DNA of 64,000 nt from Alphaproteobacteria bacterium (GCA_963422645.2 CAXXVO010000009.1:1-64000); one strand, 5' to 3'; shown: positions 11,380 to 25,250, counted from the first letter of the stretch. The notes: generated by a model from the letters alone, not told the origin. Translations and numbers: made by a program.

Positions 11380-11413
11380 GGGGGTGCGGGACGGCACGCC
11401 GCCCGGCACCCCC
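11380..11413 (-). terminator. Intra-operon stem-loop after the binding-protein gene (mRNA stabiliser or partial terminator)
   Basis: GGGGGTGC...GCACCCCC stem with an inner CGGC/GCCG pair, followed by CTTCTTTTT on the minus strand. Confidence 0.55.
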
Positions 11414-11429
11414 AAAATGCGTTCGCCCC

Positions 11430-12737
11430 TTACGCGGCGATGAACTCGTTCCAACGGTCGGTGAGGTACTCGTTCTCGTCCATGACCGAGTTCCACACCG
11501 CGACGCGGCCCATGCGGTTCTTGTAGGAGCCGCCGTCGCGCACCGCGCCCGGCTTCTCCATGAGATCGCCAAAGGGGCTGTAGATGTCGACCGTGGCGGG
11601 CTTGCCCTCGTACCAGAAGTCCCACTCCGCCTCGGGCAGGTGCTTCTGGGTATTGTCGGGCGTCACCACGTAGTAGCCCTGGCGGGCGAAGAACGCCCCG
11701 GCCGGCCCGGAGTGATACCAGGTCACGTAGTCGTAGACGGCGCCGAGCTTCTTGCCCTCGAGGTGGCGCGGCAGCAGGTGCCCGAGCGTCCAGGAGCGGT
11801 AGCCTTCCTTGAGATCCTGGTAGATGCACGGCACGCCCTGCGAACGAACCGCTGTCACCGCCGGCGACCACATGGACTGGATGACGACCTCGCCCTCGAC
11901 CATGAGCTGGACCGACTCGTTGAAGGTCGACCAGAGGGCGCGCCAGTGGCCGGCGTCCTTGAGCTCGATGAGGCGGTCGATCGAGTAGTCGATCTCCTCC
12001 CGCGTCATGTTGCCCTTGTCGCCGTACTCGAGCTCTCCATTGGCCTGGAACGCCTGCGCGGCATCCATCAGACCGATCTGCGGGAAGGCCACGAGCGCCG
12101 ACTGGCCGGCGAACTCGGGATTGATGATCTCGGCCCAGGAATCGATCGGCCGGCCGATCAGGTCGGGTCTGATTCCGAGCGTGTCGGCGTTGTGCAGCAC
12201 CGGGTGGTTGGTGATCCACTTGGTCGAGCCCGCGTCGACGAAGTCGGTCGCCAGATGGTCGGAGGTGTAGGCCACCGTGCTCGGGTTCTGGCCGTCGCCG
12301 AACCAGGCATCCGGCCAGATCTTGCCGGGCGCCTTGTAAAGGTCGACCACCGTATCCCACTCGGGCAGCTTGGTGGTGTCCCAAGCCTGGAAGTTGCCCG
12401 ACGGCCACATGAACTTCATCAGCATGTAGGGCGGCTCGAAGAGATCGGCCGAGTTCGGCTGGGTCAGGCCGCGCGCCTGGATCGACGGGATCTCGGCGGC
12501 CGTCTGGCGCACACCGAAGTCCAGGGCCTCGTTGGCCATGTCCTCGAGCGGCTTCATGTTGGACACCGCCATGCCGACGGTGCGAACGGTGATGTCCTTG
12601 ATGTCCTGTGCCCATACGGTCGGGAAGCCACCACTAAGCGTCGTCGCCGCGGCAGCACCAGCCACAGCGGCCGTCCCCTTAAGGACCGAACGGCGGCTCA
12701 CGCCCGTCTTGCTCTTGTCGCTACTGGTCTTGCGCAT
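11430..12737 (-). CDS. ABC substrate-binding protein (PotD/PotF-like) with Tat signal
   Basis: SRRSVLKG twin-arginine leader, IQSMWSPAV motif, operon position. Confidence 0.87.
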   Translation of the reverse strand: MRKTSSDKSKTGVSRRSVLKGTAAVAGAAAATTLSGGFPTVWAQDIKDITVRTVGMAVSNMKPLEDMANEALDFGVRQTAAEIPSIQARGLTQPNSADLFEPPYMLMKFMWPSGNFQAWDTTKLPEWDTVVDLYKAPGKIWPDAWFGDGQNPSTVAYTSDHLATDFVDAGSTKWITNHPVLHNADTLGIRPDLIGRPIDSWAEIINPEFAGQSALVAFPQIGLMDAAQAFQANGELEYGDKGNMTREEIDYSIDRLIELKDAGHWRALWSTFNESVQLMVEGEVVIQSMWSPAVTAVRSQGVPCIYQDLKEGYRSWTLGHLLPRHLEGKKLGAVYDYVTWYHSGPAGAFFARQGYYVVTPDNTQKHLPEAEWDFWYEGKPATVDIYSPFGDLMEKPGAVRDGGSYKNRMGRVAVWNSVMDENEYLTDRWNEFIAA

Positions 12738-12847
12738 GCTTTCCTCCCTCGCCTGCGTTCCTCGAATGCTCGCCCCGTCGCCGGCCTGGACGAGTCTCCT
12801 CGGTCGATGCAGTGCGACGGCTGCCGGCAGCCGCCAGTGAATAGACG

Positions 12848-13975
<1,128 letters not shown>

Positions 13976-14145
13976 AGCTCCCTGAGTCCCTATTAGCCCA
14001 AATAGGAGTCTCGCCGCTCCCTAGGGGCGCACGTCTTCCATACCAAGACAGATTGACATACCGCCCACGCGTCGCCGCCTCAAGCATTTTCTCGACCAAC
14101 ATGGCGAGATATGCTCGCCGCCCACACATTGGAGGACGGGAGTTG

Positions 14146-15321
14146 ATGGCGATGGCGGACCAAGCCGAGACCATGGACAAGGAGCAGGAAGCGCTGATTC
14201 TCGACGGAATCGAGCGATTCCTGGACCGCGACGTCCGTCCCCACGTTGCCGCGCTCGAGCATGACGACATCTACCCGGAGGACATCGTCGAGAAGATGAA
14301 GGAGATGGGGCTCTTCGGCGCCACCATCTCCCAGGACCATGGCGGCCTGGGCCTGCCGATTACGACCTACGCCAAGATCATCGAGCGTCTCTCCCACACC
14401 TGGATGTCGGTGAGCGGGCTCATCAACTCCCACCTCATCATGGCCGCCGCCGTCGAACGCTTCGGCACCGACGAGCAGCGCGAGTTCTACTTGCCCCGCT
14501 TCGCCAGCGGCGAGCTCCGGGGCGGGCTCGCGCTCACCGAGCCCGACTGCGGCACCGATCTGCAGGCGATCCGAACCACGGCCAAGCGCGAGGGCAACAA
14601 CGCCTACGTGATCAACGGCGCCAAGACCTGGATCACCAACAGCATCCACGGCTCCTGCCTTGCGCTCCTGGTCAAGACCGATCCCAATGCCGAGCCCCGC
14701 CACAAGGGCATGAGCCTCTTCCTCGCCGAGAAAGGCGAGGGCTTCCGCGTCAGCCGCAAGCTCCAGAAGCTCGGCTATCGCGGGATCGACACGGCCGAGC
14801 TTGCCTTCGAGGATTATCGGGTCGATACCGACAAGCTCATCGGCGGGGTCGAGGGCAAGGGCCTGCAGCATGCTCTCAGCGGACTGGAGCTGGGCCGCAT
14901 CAACGTGGCCGCGCGCGGCGTCGGCGTCGCCCAGTCGTGCCTCGACGAAGCTGTTCGCTACTCCCAGGAGCGCAAGACCTTCGGCAAGGCGATCTGCCAG
15001 CACCAGGCGATCCAGATCAAGCTCGCCGACATGGTGACCCGCACGGAGGCCGCGCGGCTGCTCACCGAGCGCGCGGCGCTCGCCTACGAGACCGGGCAGC
15101 GCTGCGACATGGAGGCCGGCATTGCCAAGCTCTTCGCCACGGAGGCGGCGCTCGAGAACAGCATCGAAGCCATGCGCATTCACGGCGGCTACGGGTATTC
15201 CAAGGAGTTCCCGATCGAGCGGATGTACCGCGATGCCCCGCTGCTCTGCATCGGCGAGGGCACCAACGAGATCCAGCGGCTGATCATCGCGCGTCAGCTG
15301 ATCGAGCGTAATCCGGCGTGA
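14146..15321 (+). CDS. Acyl-CoA dehydrogenase
   Basis: LALTEPDCGTD, INGAKTWITN, IHGGYGYSKE, IGEGTNEIQR. Confidence 0.93.
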   Translation: MAMADQAETMDKEQEALILDGIERFLDRDVRPHVAALEHDDIYPEDIVEKMKEMGLFGATISQDHGGLGLPITTYAKIIERLSHTWMSVSGLINSHLIMAAAVERFGTDEQREFYLPRFASGELRGGLALTEPDCGTDLQAIRTTAKREGNNAYVINGAKTWITNSIHGSCLALLVKTDPNAEPRHKGMSLFLAEKGEGFRVSRKLQKLGYRGIDTAELAFEDYRVDTDKLIGGVEGKGLQHALSGLELGRINVAARGVGVAQSCLDEAVRYSQERKTFGKAICQHQAIQIKLADMVTRTEAARLLTERAALAYETGQRCDMEAGIAKLFATEAALENSIEAMRIHGGYGYSKEFPIERMYRDAPLLCIGEGTNEIQRLIIARQLIERNPA

Positions 15322-16559
15322 GCGACGACGTTGCCGCGGCGCCGCCGGCGGCCCCGATCCGGCTTCTCGCGGGACTCACCGTCGTCTCCATCGAGCAGTA
15401 TGGCGCGGCCCCCTTCGGCACCATGTACCTCGCCGACCTCGGCGCGGACGTCATCAAGATCGAGAATCACAAGGCCGGCGGCGAGATGGGCCGCCACGTT
15501 CTGCCCTACGCTGAGGACGGCGACAGCCTCTTCTTCCAAACCTTCAACTGCAACAAGCGCTGCATCGCGCTGGACCTCAAGAAGCCGCGCGGCCGGGAGA
15601 TTCTGGAGCGGCTGGCCAAGCGCGCCGACGCCCTCATCAATAACCTGCGGGGCGACCTGCCGGGCACGCTCGGGCTCGACTACGGGAGCTTCAGCGCGGT
15701 CAACCCGCGCCTCGTCTGCGTGCACCTCTCGGCCTACGGCCGCGACAACGAGCGCGCCGCCTGGCCCGGCCTCGATTACGTGATGCAGGCGGAGGCCGGC
15801 TACCTCTCCATGACCGGGGAGCCCGACAGCGTTCCGACCCGCTTCGGGCTCTCGGTGGTCGATTTCATGGGCGGCCTCACTGCGGCCCTCGCGCTGGTCT
15901 CCGGCGTCATGCGGGCACGCGCGTCGGGCCAAGGCATGGACATCGACACGCCCCTCTACGACGTGGCGATGAACAACCTGAGCTACCCTGCGACCTGGCA
16001 CCTCAACGAAGGCTTCGAGCCCAAGCGCGTGGCGCGCTCGGGCCATCCCTCACTGGTGCCGAGCGAGCTCTACCGCACCGCCGACGGCTGGCTCTTCGTG
16101 ATGGCCAACAAGGCGAACTTCTGGCCCGTGCTCTGCCAGGCCATGGAGCGGCCGGAATGGATTGACGATCCACTGATGCAGGACTTCGCCGCGCGCTACG
16201 AGAATCGGGACGAAGTCATGCGACGGCTGGAGGCGGTGTTCATGACCCGTACCACCGAGGCCTGGCTCGAGCGGCTCGCCGGCGCACTCCCCTGCGCGCC
16301 GGTCAACGACGTGGCCGGCGCGCTCGCCAGCGACTTCGCTGAGTGCCGGCGCATGGTGCAGGAGGTGCCGCATCCCGAACGGGGCACCATGCGCATGGTG
16401 CGCCAGCCGATCACGGTGGACGGCGCCGTCATGCCGCGCCGCGCCGCGCCCGCCCTCGGCGCCGACACCGCCGCCATCCTCACCGAGCTCGGCTACGGTC
16501 CGGACGAGATCGAAGCCCTTGATGCCGACGGCACGGTCCACCGCTCTGAAGACACGTAG
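15318..16559 (+). CDS. CoA-transferase family III (CaiB/BaiF)
   Basis: LADLGADVIKIE, NCNKRCIALDLK, APALGADT. Overlaps the acyl-CoA dehydrogenase stop. Confidence 0.9.
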   Translation: MSDDVAAAPPAAPIRLLAGLTVVSIEQYGAAPFGTMYLADLGADVIKIENHKAGGEMGRHVLPYAEDGDSLFFQTFNCNKRCIALDLKKPRGREILERLAKRADALINNLRGDLPGTLGLDYGSFSAVNPRLVCVHLSAYGRDNERAAWPGLDYVMQAEAGYLSMTGEPDSVPTRFGLSVVDFMGGLTAALALVSGVMRARASGQGMDIDTPLYDVAMNNLSYPATWHLNEGFEPKRVARSGHPSLVPSELYRTADGWLFVMANKANFWPVLCQAMERPEWIDDPLMQDFAARYENRDEVMRRLEAVFMTRTTEAWLERLAGALPCAPVNDVAGALASDFAECRRMVQEVPHPERGTMRMVRQPITVDGAVMPRRAAPALGADTAAILTELGYGPDEIEALDADGTVHRSEDT

Positions 16560-16589
16560 CATCGACGGCCCCGCGGGCCGACTTCCGCA

Positions 16590-16901
16590 TCATGCCGCAT
16601 AGATGGTCTCGGCCGACTCGAGGATGGCCTCTCGGCGCAGATGATTTTGGCTCTGCTCGATTCCGCGCCGGCAGACGAGATCGACCTCGCGTCCGAAGAG
16701 CGTCTTGAGCTCTCCCTCCATGCGAACCATGTCGAAGAGTGTGTGGCGGGCGCTGTCCCCGAACGCGACCAGCACGTCGATGTCGCTGTCCGGCCCGAAC
16801 TCCTCCCTCAGGACGGAGCCGAACAGCGCCAGCTCCCTCACCTGCCAGCGCTCGCAGAAGGCGGCGATTCCCTCGGCGGGCATGGCGATTCGCGCAGTCA
16901 T
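16590..16901 (-). CDS. Minimal nucleotidyltransferase (MntA-type antitoxin family)
   Basis: LFGSVLREEFGPDSDIDVLV (GS...DxD) and LFGREVDLV, 103 aa. Confidence 0.85.
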   Translation of the reverse strand: MTARIAMPAEGIAAFCERWQVRELALFGSVLREEFGPDSDIDVLVAFGDSARHTLFDMVRMEGELKTLFGREVDLVCRRGIEQSQNHLRREAILESAETIYAA

Positions 16902-16927
16902 GCTGGAAGGGCCAGAGCCGTGCCTCG

Positions 16928-18352
16928 TCAGGCGAGACTCAACAGCGCCGCGACCTCCGCCGGCGTCGAGCCCTGGTCGAGAGCCATCACCGCGTCGAGG
17001 GCGCGGTCGGCCCGGTCGGGCGCGAGCGCCATCGCCGCGTTGTCGCGGTACTTGGCGATGATCTCGTCGGCACTCAACGGTCGGGTATCGGCGCCGCGGT
17101 TGACCTGCTCTCGGTGTCGCAGCGTGCGGCCGTCGGCGGTGCGAATCACCACCTCGCCCGAGTAGTAGGTCGGGAACGCCGAGTCGGGATCGACGCGGTA
17201 GCTGACCTTGTCGCAGAGCGCGAGGACTGCCGGGTCGGTGTAGGCCACGGGCTCAAGCTCGGTGAGGGTGAAGCGCCCGCGCGCGAGCACGCTCGCGATC
17301 ATGTAGTGGGCGCTGAACTGGGCCTCGTAGGCGCTTGCCGGGCGGCGCTTGGCGGCTTCGGGCTCGCACACCACGCTGACGCAGCCCTCGCCGATAAGGG
17401 CGTCCACGCTCTCGACATCGGCGGGCATGAGCCCGTGCTCGTCGCGCAGGGCCTGTGCCGCATCGCCCAGCGCGTGAACCAGGTGGCAGGCCGGATAGGG
17501 CTTGATGCCGATGCGCAGCATCTCCCAGTCCTCGCCGAGGCCGGCGGTGCACATCGCCCAGTCGATCTCCGCATCGTGGGCGCCATAGAGCGCATAGAGG
17601 CCGAAGCGCCCCTCGTAGGGCTCGGCCGGCCCCTGGAAACCCTGCTGGGCGAGGGCCGCGGCGCTGATCCCGCCAACCGCTGCCCAGCCGGGGTGCATCC
17701 GTTTGGTCCAGGCACCGTCGTCCAGGAACTGCAGGCTGCCCGAGGCCATGCTGAGCGCGATACCCTGGGCGTGCGCCAGCTGCGCCTCGGTCATGCCGGC
17801 AAGCCGGCCGGCCGCGAGCGTCGCACCGAACACGCCGACCATGCCGGTGGGATGGAAGCCCAAGCGATGGAAGCCGCCCTGTGCTGCGGCGGCGATCCTG
17901 GCCGCGCCCTCGATGGCCGCGAGATAGGCTTCCAGCATCTCGCGCCCCGAAGCGCCGTGCTGCTGGCCGGCGGCGAGCACCGTCGGCACTGCGCTCGTCG
18001 TGGCGTGGATCACACCGCCGACATGGGTGTCGTCATAGTCGAGGCCGTGGATGAGAAAGCCGTTCATCTGCGCGGCATCGCGCAACGGCAGCCTCGCGGG
18101 CATGCCGATGACGGGATAGGCGCCGTCGCCGGCAAGCCCGTGGATGGCGGTCAGCGTCTTGTGGCTGAAGTCGTAGCGGGACGCCGCGAGACCGATGCCC
18201 ACCGCGTCGAGGATGTGCAGCTTGGCGCGCTCGACCACGGCCTCCGGCACGTCGTCGAGCGTGAGTTCGCGGGCGAAGCGCGCAAGCGTGCGCGCGATCG
18301 GCTCGCTCGGCGCGGGTTCGGGCTGTGGGGCGGTCGCTTCGGCGAGGGCCAT
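16928..18352 (-). CDS. MmgE/PrpD family protein
   Basis: HGLDYDDTH, GFHPTG, KRMHPG, IKPYPACH, AQFS. Confidence 0.9.
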   Translation of the reverse strand: MALAEATAPQPEPAPSEPIARTLARFARELTLDDVPEAVVERAKLHILDAVGIGLAASRYDFSHKTLTAIHGLAGDGAYPVIGMPARLPLRDAAQMNGFLIHGLDYDDTHVGGVIHATTSAVPTVLAAGQQHGASGREMLEAYLAAIEGAARIAAAAQGGFHRLGFHPTGMVGVFGATLAAGRLAGMTEAQLAHAQGIALSMASGSLQFLDDGAWTKRMHPGWAAVGGISAAALAQQGFQGPAEPYEGRFGLYALYGAHDAEIDWAMCTAGLGEDWEMLRIGIKPYPACHLVHALGDAAQALRDEHGLMPADVESVDALIGEGCVSVVCEPEAAKRRPASAYEAQFSAHYMIASVLARGRFTLTELEPVAYTDPAVLALCDKVSYRVDPDSAFPTYYSGEVVIRTADGRTLRHREQVNRGADTRPLSADEIIAKYRDNAAMALAPDRADRALDAVMALDQGSTPAEVAALLSLA

Positions 18353-18476
18353 TGGAAATCTCTGTCGTTGTGGGGGATCACCTGGGCCCACTCTACCACG
18401 ACGGCACGCTTCTTTGGGCGCCGCTTCCGCTGTGCAATGGTGGCCGCGCCATGCACCGCCGCCCGGGAAGGAGACC

Positions 18477-19163
18477 ATGACCGCGCAACTCGTCACGCCC
18501 GCGCTCTTCGACTTCCTGCGCGAGCTCGAGCACAACAACGAGCGGCCGTGGTTCGAGGCCAACAAGGCGCGCTACCGGGCCGAGGTGCGCGACCCCATGC
18601 TGGATTTAATTCAAGCCTTCGCCGAGCCGCTGGCGGAGATCAGCCCGCACTTTCGCGCCGATCCACGGGCGAACGGCGGCTCGCTCTTCCGCATCTATCG
18701 GGACACGCGGTTCTCGAAGGACAAGACGCCCTACAAGACCAACGTCGGCGCGCACTTCCGCCACGCCGCCGGCAAGGACGCCCACGCGCCGGGCTTCTAT
18801 CTGCATCTGGAACCCGGCATGTGCTTCGCAGGCTGCGGCGTCTGGCACCCGGACAGCCCGACGCTCGGCAGGATCCGCGACGCCATCGTCGAGAAGCCGG
18901 ACGAGTGGAAACGCATCACCACGGACGGCGCCTTCTGCCAGACCTTCCGGCTGGCGGGCGAGGAGCTCAAGCGCCCGCCGCGAGGCTACGATCCTGAACA
19001 TCCGCTGATCGAAGACCTCAAGCGCAAGGACTTCGTCGTGATCGCCGACGTCGACGAAGCCGAGACGGTCCGCCCCGACTTTCTCGACCGCTTCGCGGCG
19101 ATCGCGCGCGCCGGCGCCGAATTCACCAACTATCTGTGCACGGCCGTCGGCGTGCCCTTCTAG
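18477..19163 (+). CDS. DUF2461 (TIGR02453) family protein
   Basis: NNERPWFEANK and FRIYRDTRFSKDKTPYK. AAGGAG RBS. Confidence 0.87.
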   Translation: MTAQLVTPALFDFLRELEHNNERPWFEANKARYRAEVRDPMLDLIQAFAEPLAEISPHFRADPRANGGSLFRIYRDTRFSKDKTPYKTNVGAHFRHAAGKDAHAPGFYLHLEPGMCFAGCGVWHPDSPTLGRIRDAIVEKPDEWKRITTDGAFCQTFRLAGEELKRPPRGYDPEHPLIEDLKRKDFVVIADVDEAETVRPDFLDRFAAIARAGAEFTNYLCTAVGVPF

Positions 19164-19318
19164 CAGGCGGCAGTCTCAGAGCCGGGCGACGGTCTCCGAG
19201 AATCGATCCCGCTTGAGCAAACGGCCGCGGCCCGACTGCAGGCCCTGGAACTCGACGTCGACGTGGGTATGCACGTCGCAGGCGCCATGACGCTACTCTT
19301 CCACGAGGCGGACCCGCC

Positions 19319-19765
19319 CTACTCTGGCTTGGAAGGCTCGGCCGCGGGCGGCGGCGAGCCCTTGTCAAACACAGGCAGGCCGTCGGGGAATTCGACCCAA
19401 GGATGCTTGCTCTCGTTCCAGACCACGCGCGCAGGCGCGAGCAGGCCGGGCTCGCCGAAGCAGCCCGCCGCGACTCCGTAGTGATCGGGGCGCAGCTCTG
19501 CGGTCCAGTAGACGCTCGTGCCGCACGAAGGGCAGAAGTTGATCGAGACCGTCAGGCCTGAATCCGCCACGCGCGTGTAGACCCCCGGCTCGCCCGCCGG
19601 CGAGACCCTCTCCTTGCGGAAGTATGCACCGACACCGAAGGGGCTGCCGGTACGGCGTTGGCAGGCGATGCAGCTACAGGCGATGACGAGATCGGGATCG
19701 CCCACCGTCGTTACCCGGACCTGACCGCATTGGCACGTCGCCTCGTGGGTGTCTGCGCCCGACAT
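19319..19765 (-). CDS. GFA (glutathione-dependent formaldehyde-activating-like) family protein
   Basis: CQCG...CSCIACQRRTG...FCPSCG zinc motif. Confidence 0.85.
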   Translation of the reverse strand: MSGADTHEATCQCGQVRVTTVGDPDLVIACSCIACQRRTGSPFGVGAYFRKERVSPAGEPGVYTRVADSGLTVSINFCPSCGTSVYWTAELRPDHYGVAAGCFGEPGLLAPARVVWNESKHPWVEFPDGLPVFDKGSPPPAAEPSKPE

Positions 19766-19850
19766 GGGTGTCCTCCGCCGCTCGATCCAATCGGTGCAGC
19801 TTAGCTGCCCGGTTGGCGCTCGCATACCGCCCGGATAGGGTTCTGAAATC

Positions 19851-21932
<2,082 letters not shown>

Positions 21933-22151
21933 CCCGCACCATGGTGCGGTGCAGGAGGCCCGGCGCCTGCGCCAGGATCGCGCCATGCAGCACACGAGCG
22001 AGCCGCCCGCACCTCACGCCATCGCCGCCGCCTGTCCGGGGAAATTCCACTTGTCCCGCTCAATCCCGGCGAATCCCGCATAAAATTTGTGCCTGCGGCG
22101 GTGGGACGCGGAACCGGGCCGCGAGCGCGGCGAGCAATGCGGGCGGACCGC

Positions 22152-22490
22152 TCAGCCGGTCAACGTCGCGAAGGGGTTGCGGCCTTCGGGGTCCTCCACC
22201 TCCACGATCCAGACGTCCGGATCGAAGTCGATCTCGCGCGCAAGCCGTGCCTCGGCCTCTTCCTCCGGAATCCAACCCTCGCCGGTGGCGCGGCGCCAGT
22301 CGAGGTCGCCGTCGAGCGATTGAGCCCGGGCGAAGACCGCCGCCGTGCCGTCGAGCCGGCTGACCTTGACCAGCAGCGCGCCCGCGTCGGCATCGCCGCG
22401 CCGCCTGAGCGCTGCGAAGAGCAGCGCCTGCTGGCAATAGCGGAAGCCCGCCTGCACCAGCACCTCGGTCTTGAGTCGCGCCGCGCTCAC
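22152..22490 (-). CDS. DUF1491 family protein
   Basis: RLKTEVLV...RRGDADAGALLVK...FDPDVWIVEVED. The GTG start overlaps the upstream stop. Confidence 0.8.
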   Translation of the reverse strand: MSAARLKTEVLVQAGFRYCQQALLFAALRRRGDADAGALLVKVSRLDGTAAVFARAQSLDGDLDWRRATGEGWIPEEEAEARLAREIDFDPDVWIVEVEDPEGRNPFATLTG

Positions 22491-22954
22491 GGCCGCTCGA
22501 TCAACGCGTGGCGCAGGCGGTCGCCGGGCGCGATGCCGAGGCGTTGGGCGCTGCCGCCGATCATTTCGAGCACGAAGCGAACCGGCTGGCCGGAGTGTAT
22601 CCGCTTCTCGGAGAGCGGTGTCGTTCGCTCGGCGACGGTGACGATGCGCCCGTCGATCTCGGCGAAGAACATGTCGAGCGAGATCAGCGTGTTCTTCATC
22701 CACATCGTGACCGGCCGCGTGGCCCCAAAGTCGAAGAGCATGCCGCGATCCGGCGCGAGTTCGGTGCGGTGCATGAGGCCGATGCCGCGCTCCTCCGGCG
22801 TGCCCGCAACCTCGACCTCTATGGCGTGGACGCCGGTGCCTGTCTCGATCGTCAGAGGCTCGAGGGGACCGCTCTCCGCCCGGACTGCCGAAGCGAAGAG
22901 AAGCAGACCGAGTGCGAACGCAAGAGTCGTCCTGCGGATACCGGCGATCGTCAT
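22487..22954 (-). CDS. DUF192 family exported protein
   Basis: Signal peptide, GLMHR, GMLFDF, MWMKNTLISLDM, VLE. Confidence 0.87.
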   Translation of the reverse strand: MTIAGIRRTTLAFALGLLLFASAVRAESGPLEPLTIETGTGVHAIEVEVAGTPEERGIGLMHRTELAPDRGMLFDFGATRPVTMWMKNTLISLDMFFAEIDGRIVTVAERTTPLSEKRIHSGQPVRFVLEMIGGSAQRLGIAPGDRLRHALIERP

Positions 22955-24027
22955 GGCACGACCACGATGTTGCCGACGTGACGCTTGTCGATGAAGGCCT
23001 GCTGGGCGGCGCACAAATCGCGCAGCGGATAGGTCGCCGCCAGCACGGGCTCGATCTCGCCCCGCTCGATGTGGCCGACCACGTCCTTGAAGACATGACT
23101 CGGCACCACCGTCGAGCCGGTGAAGGTAAGGTCGCGCAGGTAGAAGGTTCGGAGGTCGAGCGTGACAATGGGCCCGGCGATGGCGCCGGAGCAGGTGTAG
23201 CGCCCGCCACGCACGAGGACGTCGATCAGCGTCGGCCAAAGGGGCCCACCGACGATATCGGCGACCACGGTGACCCGCTCGCCTTCCAGCGCCTCGCTCA
23301 AATTCTCCGGCGCGCGCGGCAGGATGCGATCGGGGCCGAGCCTCGCCACATCGGCGTGCTTGGCTTCGGCTGCCATCGCGATCACCCGGGCGCCGCGGCG
23401 CTTGGCAAGCTGGATCAGCGCACCGCCCACGCCGCCCGAGGCACCCGGGACGAGCACCGTGTCGTTCGCCTCCGCATTCGCGCGACTCAGCATGCCCTCG
23501 GCGGTGGTGTAGGAGCACGAGAATGTCGCGAGCTCGGCATCGGTCAACTCGGAATTGACGACCGCAATGCTGCGCACGTCGCAGGTGGTGTATTCGGCGA
23601 AGCCGCCGTCGATCTCCGATCCGAAATAGACGGCCTTGTCCATGTTCTCGGGCTCGGACCAGTCGCGCTGCCATCCGTCGACCATGACCCGTTGGCCGAT
23701 CAGCCCTGGATCGGCGCTCGCGCCCACCGCGACGACTTCGCCCACCGCATCCGCGCCCTGGATGCGCGGGAAGACGATGGGGCGCCCGCCCCAGGTTGGG
23801 TCGCTGCCACTAGCCTTATCGTGGGCAGCGCCGGTCGTCGCCTCGGTCACGGCCTTCGAGTACCAGCCCGTGCGGGTGTTGACGTCGGTGTTGTTGAGAC
23901 CGCAGGCGCCGACCTTGATCAGCGCTTCCATCGGCCCCGGCTCGGGCATGGGCCAGTCCTCGTGCCACGCGTACTTTTCGAGGCCGCCGTGACCCGTCAG
24001 CACCATCGCCTTCATCGTGCGGCTCAT
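22951..24027 (-). CDS. MDR-family alcohol dehydrogenase/quinone oxidoreductase
   Basis: FPRIQGADAVG, GSEIDGGFAEY, VPGASGGVG. Confidence 0.88.
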   Translation of the reverse strand: MSRTMKAMVLTGHGGLEKYAWHEDWPMPEPGPMEALIKVGACGLNNTDVNTRTGWYSKAVTEATTGAAHDKASGSDPTWGGRPIVFPRIQGADAVGEVVAVGASADPGLIGQRVMVDGWQRDWSEPENMDKAVYFGSEIDGGFAEYTTCDVRSIAVVNSELTDAELATFSCSYTTAEGMLSRANAEANDTVLVPGASGGVGGALIQLAKRRGARVIAMAAEAKHADVARLGPDRILPRAPENLSEALEGERVTVVADIVGGPLWPTLIDVLVRGGRYTCSGAIAGPIVTLDLRTFYLRDLTFTGSTVVPSHVFKDVVGHIERGEIEPVLAATYPLRDLCAAQQAFIDKRHVGNIVVVP

Positions 24028-24149
24028 TCGCCGGTCGCCCCCTCAACCAAGGACCCTGTATGGACTTTCTGCTGGGCTGCGAACAGGTCTTTCGCCTATC
24101 GTGGCAACCGCCCATTCCGCATCTCCCTCAGTGACAAGGATCGACGGGG

Positions 24150-25250
24150 ATGACCGGTCAAGACCCGCCAGCGCCCGTCCGTTCGCTCGACGCCCGCTAT
24201 TACACCGATCCGGCCATCTTCGAGAAGGAGCGGCAGAGCCTGCTCTCCCGCACCTGGCAGTTCGCCGGGCACGAAAGCCAGGCGCGCAATCCCGGCGACT
24301 ACTTCACGTTCGAGATTGCGGGCGAGAGCCTGTTCTGCATCCGCGGTCAGGACGGACTTCTGCGCGCCTTCTACAACGTGTGCCAGCACCGCGCGCATCG
24401 CCTGGTGGAAGATGCCGGCACGACCCGCGCAATCGTCTGCCCCTACCACGCCTGGTCCTACGAGCTGACCGGCGCGTTCCGCAGCGGGCCGAACGTGAAC
24501 TCGGTTCCCGGTTTCGACGGCGCCTCGATCCGCCTGACTGACGTGCGGAGCGAGAGCCTCCACGGCTTCGTCTTCGTCAACCTGGATGACGACGCCGCAC
24601 CGATGGATGCGTGGTACCCGGGCGTGCGGCAGGAGCTCGCCCAGTACGTGCCCGACATCGGGGCGCTAGCGCCGCTGGAATGGTTCGAGGTCCCGGAGGC
24701 ATGCAACTGGAAGGTCTCGGTCGAGAACTACTCCGAGTGCTACCACTGCGTGCTGCGCCATCCGACATTCGCGACCGGCGTGATCCGGCCCGAGAGCTAC
24801 GACATCCAGCCTGCGACGGAGGGCTACGTCCTGCGCCACATGACCGAGTGCCAGGACCTGGAGCTGATGAGCTACCCGATCGACCTGTCGGTCCCGCACG
24901 CCGGCGAATACCGCTCGTTCTTCCTCTGGCCGATGTTCTCGTTCCAGGTCTATCCGGGCAATGTGCTGAACACCTACCACTGGCGCGCCCACGACGTGGA
25001 CACCTGCACCGTCTGGCGCGGCTGGCACACCCCGGGCGGTGCCGAGAGCGCGGTGATTCGGGAGCTTGCCGCGCAGGACCGGCAGACCACGGTCGCAGAG
25101 GATATCCGGCTGGTCGAAAGCGCGGCGAAGGGGCTGAAGAGCCGCGGCTACAGACCCGGTCCACTCGTGCTCGATCCGGCCGGCGGGCTCAACTCCGAGC
25201 ACTCCATCCGAACGCTCCAGCAATGGATGCGGGAGGCGGTGGACGGTTAG
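24150..25250 (+). CDS. Rieske non-heme iron oxygenase alpha subunit (choline/carnitine monooxygenase-like group)
   Basis: NVCQHR...CPYHAW Rieske motif, NWKVSVENYSECYHC...H iron site, AEDI. Confidence 0.9.
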   Translation: MTGQDPPAPVRSLDARYYTDPAIFEKERQSLLSRTWQFAGHESQARNPGDYFTFEIAGESLFCIRGQDGLLRAFYNVCQHRAHRLVEDAGTTRAIVCPYHAWSYELTGAFRSGPNVNSVPGFDGASIRLTDVRSESLHGFVFVNLDDDAAPMDAWYPGVRQELAQYVPDIGALAPLEWFEVPEACNWKVSVENYSECYHCVLRHPTFATGVIRPESYDIQPATEGYVLRHMTECQDLELMSYPIDLSVPHAGEYRSFFLWPMFSFQVYPGNVLNTYHWRAHDVDTCTVWRGWHTPGGAESAVIRELAAQDRQTTVAEDIRLVESAAKGLKSRGYRPGPLVLDPAGGLNSEHSIRTLQQWMREAVDG

